Notes under the pieces: generated by a model | Databases searched by the model: none | Seen by the model: only the letters and a program-made list of their open reading frames with translations | Told to the model about the DNA's origin: nothing | Translations under genes and position numbers: made by a program | Source: Desulfurococcaceae archaeon | Lineage (GTDB): Archaea; Thermoproteota; Thermoprotei_A; Sulfolobales; Desulfurococcaceae | DNA length: 64,000 nt | NCBI GenBank assembly: GCA_038816475.1 | Contig: JAWBAI010000008.1 | Span: 1,176 to 65,175, forward strand | Reading direction: 5' to 3' | Part shown: positions 20,592 to 28,678 of the stretch, in pieces | Position numbering within the stretch: position 1 is the stretch's first letter | Layout: each line of letters opens with the position of its first letter

Positions 20592-21689
20592 CTAGAGTGG
20601 ACAATAGGAGAACTTGTAGTGGTAAGGGCAGAATGAGCAGTTGGGTGAATTACCCCAGCAGTCTGTTTCTGTGTTCAATGTGTAACTACACCACTTTCTA
20701 AGGTCACAGTCTAGGCATGAAGGCATGTAGTTGAAGAATAACTTGAAGTAGAGGTTCATGTTTCGTCTCCAGATGTTATTCAGATCCTCTCTTAGAGCAT
20801 CACCGATAACGAACTCCTGAATAGCTCTCTTCGTGTCTTCAATGATAATGGACCAATTATAAGCTAAAAAGAGACACGGAGTAACCTTACCATCAACTCT
20901 AACGAACAAAGCTCTGTTCGCTGCAAAGGGGCATTCTCTGGCAGTATACGACTCCATGTTGGGTAACCATAGCTTCAGGGGAGTATTCATAAGCTTTACC
21001 GACAATGTATCAGCAATATCTCTAATCCTGGTTAAACAAGTAGTGTCCTTAATGCACTCAGCGTTTTTGAGTCCCCAAGGATGATCTATGTACAGGCTTA
21101 GGTACACTTCCTGTATACCTGCGTCCACCGCGTAATCTACGAGTTTAACCAACTGATCCACGTTTAGCTTTGTAACCGTAAATATGGTTTTTACAACAGG
21201 TTTTCTTGTTTGATACAGGGTTTTCAGATTACTCAGCTCTTTGATATTCCTAGTAACAACGGAGAGACTACTAGGTCTTCTCAGCTTATCGTACAGTTCA
21301 ACGTCTACGGCATCTACGCTAACGTACACCTCGTCAATGCTTAGTTTAACTAGTTCATCAAGGTACTTGTCCATGGTTAACCCGTTTGTGTTCAAAACAA
21401 CGTAGAGATTCTTGGATTTTGCATAGCTCAGCATGTCTAGTATCCAGGGGTTCACCGTGGGCTCACCCCACCCTGTTAAAACCACCTTTTTAACTCCGCT
21501 TCTTAAGGCGTTGTTGATGATTACCGCGTACTCGTCAAAGGTCATATCCCTGTAGCTAAAGTTACTAGCAGAGTACCTAAAGCAGTGTAAACAACTCAGA
21601 TTACACTTCGTGGAGACTTCAACCACGAGGATACGAGGACTCGAATCGTCCTTTAACGCAATAACCCAGTCGCTTATCCTAATTACCAT
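20592..21689 (-). CDS. radical SAM enzyme with C-terminal SPASM domain
   Basis: 365 aa; CNLSCLHC (C-x3-C-x2-C) near the N-terminus; C-x13-G-x4-C (CPFAANRALFVRVDGKVTPC), then CLDCDLRKWC...C...CSFC...C. Confidence 0.85.
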   Translation of the reverse strand: MVIRISDWVIALKDDSSPRILVVEVSTKCNLSCLHCFRYSASNFSYRDMTFDEYAVIINNALRSGVKKVVLTGWGEPTVNPWILDMLSYAKSKNLYVVLNTNGLTMDKYLDELVKLSIDEVYVSVDAVDVELYDKLRRPSSLSVVTRNIKELSNLKTLYQTRKPVVKTIFTVTKLNVDQLVKLVDYAVDAGIQEVYLSLYIDHPWGLKNAECIKDTTCLTRIRDIADTLSVKLMNTPLKLWLPNMESYTARECPFAANRALFVRVDGKVTPCLFLAYNWSIIIEDTKRAIQEFVIGDALREDLNNIWRRNMNLYFKLFFNYMPSCLDCDLRKWCSYTLNTETDCWGNSPNCSFCPYHYKFSYCPL

Positions 21690-21779
21690 GAACTACCATC
21701 ACCAACTGAGATTATTGTTGCTGATCGAGGTGTTGTAAGGTAAAAACGGATTATTTGAGCCCAGTACACTGCATGGTAC

Positions 21780-21829
21780 TCAGCTGGGTAAGTTTTCTTC
21801 ACCGATTCAAACCGGAGGTATTTCATCAT
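21780..21829 (-). ncRNA. candidate C/D box sRNA (also readable as the start of a 48-aa ORF)
   Basis: minus strand: ATGATGA, 12 nt (aatacctccggt), TTGA, atcg, GTGAAGA, 12 nt (aaacttacccag), CTGA; 50 nt in canonical archaeal spacing. Confidence 0.55.
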
Positions 21830-21863
21830 TTAACACTATACTCATGTAATAGCTACAAGGTAC

Positions 21864-21869
21864 TATAAA
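21864..21869 (-). promoter_or_regulatory. TATA-like box upstream of the sRNA / radical SAM unit
   Basis: minus strand aaagaaTTTATAgta, 35 nt upstream of the ATGATGA box. Confidence 0.35.
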
Positions 21870-21899
21870 TTCTTTAGTTCCGAGCAGACTATGCCTGTG

Positions 21900-22622
21900 C
21901 TAAGAGGTTAAAGACGAATTCTGAGAAAGGTGTTCCTCTATTTTCCTGTAAAACATGTAGCTCAGTGGAAAAGGTATCAGAAGATACAGTAGTGTCTTAA
22001 ACTGAGTGGTTCTCAGCAACTTAAGTACCTCTAATCCATTACTATTTCCTTCCAAGTATCCACGTATGATGTATTCAAATGCTTTTTCTCTATCGGCTTC
22101 AGAGAATAGAGCTTTTATGTACCCGTCTATGAGAAGAGTAGATACTAACACTAGCAGGTCCCACGCGTAGTACTCCACTTTACCACTACTTGTAGCCTGC
22201 TCTGCGTCTACTACGTAGAGATTTTCACCTTCATAGAGAAAATTCGTGATTTTCGAATCTCCGAAAGCCCAGCCACGCTCGTGGCATTTTCCAATTTCAC
22301 GAGCGATCAAATAGTGAATCAATGGTGGAGCCTGAAGATTGTACACTTTTCCCTTTACGAACTCTCTTATGAGCTTTAGATTAATGTAATCTACGAGAAC
22401 TACCTCAGGTTTGTTGAAACACGTGTTTTTAGACCTCATGAACTCAACTTCGTTTTCAAGTCTTTCATGCGGCTTCAGCTTGAATGGATACACACCAACA
22501 GCTAAGTTAGATACGCTAACTAAGTACCATTTTATAATACCCGGCTCCGCTGTGTATGTTTTCTCGATGTAAACCTTATTACCAATCATAATCAATCGAG
22601 ATTGCTTTGCAACATTGTCCAT
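21900..22622 (-). CDS. divergent Bud32/RIO/Kdo-kinase-like atypical protein kinase
   Basis: YIEKTY (Lys), catalytic-loop-like FGDSKITNFLY, VVDAEQA in place of DFG, AWDLLVL; hydrophobic C-terminal segment; ATG at 22622 (ORF track TTG at 22646). Confidence 0.55.
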   Translation of the reverse strand: MDNVAKQSRLIMIGNKVYIEKTYTAEPGIIKWYLVSVSNLAVGVYPFKLKPHERLENEVEFMRSKNTCFNKPEVVLVDYINLKLIREFVKGKVYNLQAPPLIHYLIAREIGKCHERGWAFGDSKITNFLYEGENLYVVDAEQATSSGKVEYYAWDLLVLVSTLLIDGYIKALFSEADREKAFEYIIRGYLEGNSNGLEVLKLLRTTQFKTLLYLLIPFPLSYMFYRKIEEHLSQNSSLTS

Positions 22623-22728
22623 GAAAAGCAGTAAACTAAGCCTCAATTCAACCCCTATTTTTCTAGTTTAACACTCTTGAAAATATTCTTTACTCACCTT
22701 TTCAACTACGTGAGAGGCCCAGGAGAGA

Positions 22729-22769
22729 GCCTTTGCTCACTCACTCCCGCTCGGGAGCGTTGCAAAGGC
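22729..22769. other. GC-rich nested hairpin in a long divergent intergenic region
   Basis: gcctttgc (22729-36) pairs with gcaaaggc (22762-69) and encloses ctcccg-ct-cgggag (22744-57). Confidence 0.4.
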
Positions 22770-22967
22770 GGATTTCTAGCCCAGTGCTATTACTATGGTT
22801 TTCATGGGTTTAAAATTACTGCATGCAGATGGCAAATAATCATAGAAAGGTTATTCGACTTATCAAGGCTTTATCAAAGCTCAGTACGAACTTCACGTTT
22901 CACCACGGTGTTGTTCGCGGTTTTGAATTTATAAACTATAGCGATAATTTAACTCTGGAAAACAGCG

Positions 22968-23282
22968 GTGAAATCATTGCTATCATATACTAACGACGAA
23001 GAGCAACAATTACCTCGAGGCATTATAATCGAAATCCCACTAAAACCCAGGAAAAAAATGATATCCTTGAGAGTAGACGAGGAAGCTCTGTCAACAATAG
23101 ACAAGTTCGTTGCGCGAACAGGTGAGTACTCGCGAACTCTGATCATAACTAAACTCATAGAAGCATTTGCTGAAGCCTTAAAAAGAGTAAACTACAACGC
23201 TACTCACGTGAGTATTAAGGTAGTATCGAACAATAGCTTTAATACGGTTGAGATAGTTATACCATTGAAAACGAGAAGCTAG
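22968..23282 (+). CDS. ribbon-helix-helix (CopG-like) DNA-binding protein
   Basis: MISLRVDEEALSTIDKFVARTGEYSRTLIITKLIEAFAEALK is an RHH pattern; GTG at 22968, and ATG at 23058 may be the true start. Confidence 0.55.
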   Translation: MKSLLSYTNDEEQQLPRGIIIEIPLKPRKKMISLRVDEEALSTIDKFVARTGEYSRTLIITKLIEAFAEALKRVNYNATHVSIKVVSNNSFNTVEIVIPLKTRS

Positions 23283-23665
23283 CTTGTAGCGGGTTTTCTC
23301 GTTTTAATAGAGTCCAGTATTATCCTTACGATGTCAGCAGGTAGGCTAAGCATGTGTGCTAGTTGTTCGGGCGCTATGGCGTCTCCATACAGCTCGTAGT
23401 ACTGCTGTACAGCATATATAGGTTCCAAGTAGAATATACGTCTCCCTTCCTTAACCTTGGCAATTATACCCATCTTGTTGAGCCTAGCTAGGTATCGAGA
23501 CTCAATTGTTCTAGCTCTACCGGTGTACTTAGCAACATCATCAGCAGTAACGCGTTTGAGTGCTATTACAGCATCAAGCGTTTTCAACGTTGGTGGTGTA
23601 ATGATTATGCCTCTTTTAACTAAGAACCTTATATCGTATATACTACAGAAATCTGTACTGCTCAT
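23279..23665 (-). CDS. winged-helix transcriptional regulator
   Basis: 128 aa; LDAVIALKRVTADDVAKYTGRARTIESRYLARLNKMGIIAKVKEGRRIFY is a wHTH pattern. Confidence 0.6.
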   Translation of the reverse strand: MSSTDFCSIYDIRFLVKRGIIITPPTLKTLDAVIALKRVTADDVAKYTGRARTIESRYLARLNKMGIIAKVKEGRRIFYLEPIYAVQQYYELYGDAIAPEQLAHMLSLPADIVRIILDSIKTRKPATS

Positions 23666-23875
23666 GAATTAGTTCACCAGGCGAACATTCACCATGTATA
23701 TGCTTTGTCTAGAGAGTCTAATATATTTTTACAGATAGTAGATGTCATATTAATGTTAGTATTAAGCCGTATTACTTTTTTTCAAGCTATTGCATAAAAG
23801 CTACAAAATTGCATTTTAGGAAATATAAGCTACTGCGATAACTTAACAACGTAGGTGACATAGTTGAAAATACCC

Positions 23876-24520
23876 ATGGGTAAGTTCATTGAAGAAATAC
23901 TGGATAAAATGAGAAACCACACCCTCATAGCATCCGAGAGCATTGATATCTTGGGAAGAATAGTAAAGGAGTATCATGTTAAAACATACGATGAACTACA
24001 GAAGCTTTTCGAAGAACTCATGCATGTAGAGAAGAAAGGAGACGAGATCAAGAGAGAGCTCATGAGTTGTCTCAGAGCAGGGCATCTTCATCCAGAGGAT
24101 AGAGAAGACCTTTTAAGAATAGCACTAGTACTCGACGAGATCCCAGGGTTGGCTAAGGCTGTTGCAAAGAAAATACTGGTCTTTAAGCACATCAATATTT
24201 CAATCCCGGTTCAAGTTCAGAGGTACGTAGCGGAGATAGTAGACAACTCCAAGAAGTGCATAGAAAGCCTAGTACGTGTCGCAGAGCATTTTCCGCACGA
24301 ACCCCAGAAGGTCATGGAATACGCTACTGAAGCTGAGCACTACGAGGAGGTCGTAGACGAGCTCAGGCTTAAGGCTCTCGAAGATCTATTTAAACTATGC
24401 ATGGAGAACTTCGGAGTACAATGTATAGCATTACACATCGTGATCGACGACGCAGAGACTATAACTGATAGATGCGAAGACGTAGCTGACATATACAGGT
24501 TAAACCTCATATCGAGGTAG
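23876..24520 (+). CDS. DUF47 / PhoU-like (Pit accessory) family protein
   Basis: helical repeat protein; HVEKKGDEIKRELMSCLRAGHLHPEDREDLLRIALVLDEI is typical of the TIGR00153/DUF47 family. Confidence 0.6.
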   Translation: MGKFIEEILDKMRNHTLIASESIDILGRIVKEYHVKTYDELQKLFEELMHVEKKGDEIKRELMSCLRAGHLHPEDREDLLRIALVLDEIPGLAKAVAKKILVFKHINISIPVQVQRYVAEIVDNSKKCIESLVRVAEHFPHEPQKVMEYATEAEHYEEVVDELRLKALEDLFKLCMENFGVQCIALHIVIDDAETITDRCEDVADIYRLNLISR

Positions 24521-24530
24521 TAGTTTCTAC

Positions 24531-25151
24531 ATGATATGCTGCATAGTGCTAGCAGCAGGTATGAGTACAAGGTTCCCATGGAATAAGCTACTCTACGTAT
24601 ACGAACACGAACCACTCATAGTTCAAACAGTACAGAATATTCTAAAGTCTGGTTCTGTAAATAAGATTGTTGTTGTAACAGGGTTCATGAGTAAACATGT
24701 AGAAAAGGTTCTCATGGAGAGAGGACTGAACATAGACCTTGTTGAAAACCCTGATTACGCAAAAGGTGGAATGAGCTCCTCGATCAAAGTAGGTCTACGA
24801 TACATAACCGATAGGCTTAGTCACGTAACAGCTGTAATGATCAATCCTGGTGATGTAGCCTGGGTGCATCCTGGCATATACACTCTCATTGTGACGAAGT
24901 TCCTGGAGAACAGAGATCGTTACAAGATAGTTGTAGCCGGTTATCGCGGTAAACGAGGACACCCTGTTCTCTTATCGGGTACAATACTGGAAGACCTTTT
25001 ATCGATATCCGAGGAGAAGCAGGGATTACGTGAAATTGTTCATAAGTACAAGTATGAAACACTGGTAGTTGAAACAGAGTATCCGGGGGTACTCTTAGAC
25101 GTAAACACGGTTCTGGATATTTTAAAGGTAAAAAGTACTGTCTACAAGTAG
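24531..25151 (+). CDS. MobA/MocA-like nucleotidyltransferase (molybdenum cofactor NMP transferase family)
   Basis: 206 aa; N-terminal CIVLAAGMSTRF motif, GT-A-like fold pattern. Confidence 0.65.
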   Translation: MICCIVLAAGMSTRFPWNKLLYVYEHEPLIVQTVQNILKSGSVNKIVVVTGFMSKHVEKVLMERGLNIDLVENPDYAKGGMSSSIKVGLRYITDRLSHVTAVMINPGDVAWVHPGIYTLIVTKFLENRDRYKIVVAGYRGKRGHPVLLSGTILEDLLSISEEKQGLREIVHKYKYETLVVETEYPGVLLDVNTVLDILKVKSTVYK

Positions 25152-25177
25152 CAAAAAGTTCTCGTGTTTCAAGGTTC

Positions 25178-26938
25178 CTAGGTGTAGAGATCTTCGTGTT
25201 TTACAACTTCGACGATGAGATCACCGCTTTGGTCATAGTTTATGATGATTTCTGTTGCCCCGTATATCAGGTTGTGCTTCATTGCAAGAGTGTCCTGGTA
25301 TGCACCTGTATCGAGGAAAGCTACGTAATAGTTTTCCTTCTTTGAGGGTAGATGAAGTGGAACACCCCTTAGCTTGAGCTTTAAGCCGGGAACTAGAACT
25401 ATTCTGGAGTCTACTCTGGTAAACAAGTAATCTCCGCTGTAGTTTACACCCGGGCTTATGTACGAAGCTATTTCTCCCATACTATCACATGTTAGGTCAC
25501 TCAGCGAGGCTAGTACATCCGGTGGTTCGTTGAGTCTCTGAGTGGGTACAACCTGAAAGTACTGATCTACCAGGACAACGTCAGGTACATCTGCAAAAAT
25601 GGACATGCTAAGTACGTATCGTTTTGAGGGTGCTGTTAGTATCCTTGAAATAACCCTATGCTTCATCACTTCGTTCAAGTCAAGGGTTCTTTCCCTGATA
25701 AGCTCTGCTAGTTTGTGAACCAGGTCTTCTCTAACCAGTTTAACAAGATCCTCGTACAGCTCTCTCTTGCTGTTATCCAGCTGGAGAGTTTTCTTCAGGT
25801 TTGCTATGATACTCTTAACTTCCGAGAGAAGCCTCTCAGCATCCTCTAGGCTGTTGACTTCTTCTAGTATTTTTCCACCTACGTCTCCATGGCTTTGTAC
25901 AGCTGAGTATGGTCTTACATCAACAACCTTTGCTACAACAAGTCTGTGTGCTGATACTATGAACCTTCCACCCTCAAAAGCAATGTCTGGATGAGGCTCA
26001 AGTGAGACGAGTTGTGATAGGAGCTCTTTGAAGTAGTCAACGACGGTGTAATCGGGTGACTCCTCGGATCCGTCTCTCACATCGACGTAAGGGTATGCTA
26101 TTCCTCCTCCTGGATCAATAATGCTTATTTTGTCGAACCCCATGTTTTTAAGCTCTAGATGCACCTTCACTACTTCATTAAAGTACTTTCTGAGATCGCT
26201 TAGTTTGTGTATTTGTGATCCAGGGTGCATGTGGAGTACTACAGCTCGTTCGGTTAACCAACGGTAGTCGGACAGGATTTTTGAAACAGTATTAGTTGTC
26301 ATTCCGAATTTGCTTCCTAGACCAACCGAACTCGACCATTTCCCCTGGAGTTTCACAATGGGCTTAATTCTCAACCCGATCTCTATCTCGGGATAGTTGG
26401 CCAGTACCTCGGCATCGTGTTCACTTTCTACATCAGCAACAATTCTCCAACCTCGTCTACGTAGCTCCACCAGTTCTTCTACAATCTTCTCGGTTATTAC
26501 TCCATCGTATATCAGTATACGAGAACCGTACTTTTCTGAGAGGTGCTTTAGGAGCTTAACTTCTCCATGGGATCCCGCGTTGAACCCCCAATTGTACTTC
26601 TCACCGTATCTGAAAATAGCCTCTACTACCCTTGGTGTAGGATTAACCTTCATTGGGTAAACAGGTCTGAGTGTACCTTTGAAACCGAGCAGTTCTGAAA
26701 CGTGATTGAAAGCTGTAAATACGAGATTCATGGTCTTCTCAATTAGAGGCAGTATTCGAATGTACGCTATGTCGAGCTTTAGTGTGTCCATCAAATCGTT
26801 GATCCGGATTACCTTGTTACCTAGTTTGATTACAAGATAGCCATTATCATCAACAGTTAGAGTATCCCCCCTAATGTAGTGTTCCAGCCCGTACAGCTTT
26901 TTTGCTACCTCTGTATAATCGTAGCTACTCGCGCACAA
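25178..26938 (-). CDS. speA: PLP-dependent biosynthetic arginine decarboxylase (SpeA type)
   Basis: 586 aa; YPMKVNP (PLP Lys), GKWSSSVGLGSKFG, HMHPGSQ and DPGGGIAYPY parallel E. coli SpeA YPIKVNQ / GKWQSSGGEKSKFG / HFHLGSQ / DVGGGLGVDY; TTG start. Confidence 0.75.
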   Translation of the reverse strand: MCASSYDYTEVAKKLYGLEHYIRGDTLTVDDNGYLVIKLGNKVIRINDLMDTLKLDIAYIRILPLIEKTMNLVFTAFNHVSELLGFKGTLRPVYPMKVNPTPRVVEAIFRYGEKYNWGFNAGSHGEVKLLKHLSEKYGSRILIYDGVITEKIVEELVELRRRGWRIVADVESEHDAEVLANYPEIEIGLRIKPIVKLQGKWSSSVGLGSKFGMTTNTVSKILSDYRWLTERAVVLHMHPGSQIHKLSDLRKYFNEVVKVHLELKNMGFDKISIIDPGGGIAYPYVDVRDGSEESPDYTVVDYFKELLSQLVSLEPHPDIAFEGGRFIVSAHRLVVAKVVDVRPYSAVQSHGDVGGKILEEVNSLEDAERLLSEVKSIIANLKKTLQLDNSKRELYEDLVKLVREDLVHKLAELIRERTLDLNEVMKHRVISRILTAPSKRYVLSMSIFADVPDVVLVDQYFQVVPTQRLNEPPDVLASLSDLTCDSMGEIASYISPGVNYSGDYLFTRVDSRIVLVPGLKLKLRGVPLHLPSKKENYYVAFLDTGAYQDTLAMKHNLIYGATEIIINYDQSGDLIVEVVKHEDLYT

Positions 26939-26984
26939 CTCTACTGCAACCTATAGACGCCGTATAGCAATACAATAAGACAGG

Positions 26985-26992
26985 TTTATAAA
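26985..26992 (-). promoter_or_regulatory. TATA box candidate for the decarboxylase gene
   Basis: palindromic tttataaa about 50 nt upstream of the start at 26938. Confidence 0.35.
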
Positions 26993-27122
26993 GCGTGTTG
27001 TAGCGTTTGAACCCACGGGTCAAACGGTCCGTGAACCGATCACCGATCAGCCAGGAGGGCTTCTATCATCCCCAGTAAAAACTTTCCAAATAACAGCTTA
27101 ATACGTAAGCTTATGAGACGAT

Positions 27123-27827
27123 TTAGCGTTCTGTTTTCCTTATTTTCTTCTCAGCTAGTTTTAATGCTTCAATTAGTTCTTCGATAGGTGCATAGCCGGG
27201 TATAGTTACAATGGGTTTTGCTCCGTAAACGTTGTAATCCTCGATCCTATTAATTGCTACGTATGGAACGTACTGGACATTGTAACTATCGGCTTCATAG
27301 GGGTGTTCAAAGGCTTCTATGGCTTCTACGAGTAGATTTTCATTGATGATTCCAGCCTGGTTGAAGAAGTCTACGACTATGGGACAGTAGGGGCACTCCG
27401 GTGTTACGAATACCTTTATGTGCATAGGGGTTTCTACGACCTCTATCTCCTCTTGAATGTTCTTGGGCAACTTCACGCCTTCAGACAAGTGCTCGTGAAC
27501 GTAGATGAAAGGAGCGAACTCTTGACCGCTCGGTAGCCCGTAGTACCTTATGTTCCTTTTTCTCGTGTCGTACACGAATGCTGGTAGGTATCTTGGTCTT
27601 ATGCTCCTAGCTTCACTGCTGTCTAGCACGTGAAACGATACCTTTCCATTGCTGATGCTCTCTATCTCCCGTGCAAGCTGTAAGGCCTCGGGGCACGTAC
27701 CACAGTTTCCACTAGACCCAGGGTTAGATACTGAGTCTACAATAAGCAAATCCACTAAGTTTCTTCTTAAACCATCGAATATCCTCCTAAGCTCTTGTAC
27801 TGTTTCGTCATCGAACAAAGCAACCAT
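27123..27827 (-). CDS. protein disulfide oxidoreductase (two thioredoxin folds, PDO type)
   Basis: 234 aa; two CxxC sites (CGTC and CPYC), the size and layout of the P. furiosus PDO family. Confidence 0.8.
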   Translation of the reverse strand: MVALFDDETVQELRRIFDGLRRNLVDLLIVDSVSNPGSSGNCGTCPEALQLAREIESISNGKVSFHVLDSSEARSIRPRYLPAFVYDTRKRNIRYYGLPSGQEFAPFIYVHEHLSEGVKLPKNIQEEIEVVETPMHIKVFVTPECPYCPIVVDFFNQAGIINENLLVEAIEAFEHPYEADSYNVQYVPYVAINRIEDYNVYGAKPIVTIPGYAPIEELIEALKLAEKKIRKTER

Positions 27828-27916
27828 AAACTGCCACCCTAACTGTGTTTAGATTCAGCACAGTAAAATACGTAATAAGACCTTATATAGAAATTATAAA
27901 GGGGTGAATTAACAGT

Positions 27917-28678
27917 TTGAAGAAACCTCTATTTCTCAGAGTTCTTGAACTACTACGTGATAACCAAGGGCTTCAGCTTAGGGAAATTTCAACATTGCTG
28001 GAATCGTCGGTGAATAAAGTCAGAGCAGTCCTCTACGAGCTAAAAGCTAAAGGCTACATTGAAAAAGCTGGGAAAACGTACGTATTAACCGATAAGGGAA
28101 GAAGATTCTTAGAGTACATAGAACACACCAGAACAGCTACCGTGAAGGCGGAGACAGCTGAGCAGGATAAAACTCAAGTAACTCCTCAAACAAAAACCTC
28201 AATAAAGGCGTCCGAGCAAATTACTGTTGAAACCGACAGAGAAAGACAAACAGTTGAATTAAAAGCAGAGACTGGAGATGTCAGGTTGATGTTGGAAAAC
28301 GTACTAACTAAAGTACATGATCTCGAGAAGAAAATTGCCAATCTTGAGAGAACAGTCAGGGACATTGAAAAAGCTATTGAATCTTTGCACAGGAGGAAAC
28401 AAGAGGAGTTTTCTATCGAAGCACCTATTATGCCCTACAGCTACGCGCAGGCCAAGCTGGGTGGACTGCTCGACAAGTTAATAGCTGAAAACAAACTTGT
28501 AAGAGTAGGTTCACTTGTTGTTGATGCACAGTTCTTCAGCGAGTTCAAATCAAAGTTTCCAATTAAAGTATCAGACTTAGATAAGCTCACTTCTCACGAG
28601 AGGGTTCTTCTCGAGGAGATGAGAAAGGAAGCACTGGTAATTCTTCACGCAGGTAGAGAGTACAGGCTTATAGACTAA
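27917..28678 (+). CDS. winged-helix protein with central coiled coil
   Basis: N-terminal wHTH (LQLREISTLLESSVNKVRAVLYELKAKGYIEKAGKTYVLTDKG), heptad-like LEKKIANLERTVRDIEKAIESL; TTG start. Confidence 0.5.
   Translation: MKKPLFLRVLELLRDNQGLQLREISTLLESSVNKVRAVLYELKAKGYIEKAGKTYVLTDKGRRFLEYIEHTRTATVKAETAEQDKTQVTPQTKTSIKASEQITVETDRERQTVELKAETGDVRLMLENVLTKVHDLEKKIANLERTVRDIEKAIESLHRRKQEEFSIEAPIMPYSYAQAKLGGLLDKLIAENKLVRVGSLVVDAQFFSEFKSKFPIKVSDLDKLTSHERVLLEEMRKEALVILHAGREYRLID

Noticed and set aside
22677-22934. 85-aa plus-strand ORF in the kinase/RHH intergenic region
   Set aside because: The composition is implausible (Cys/Phe/Arg-rich, no secondary-structure periodicity), it overlaps the GC-rich hairpin, and the region is more likely non-coding.
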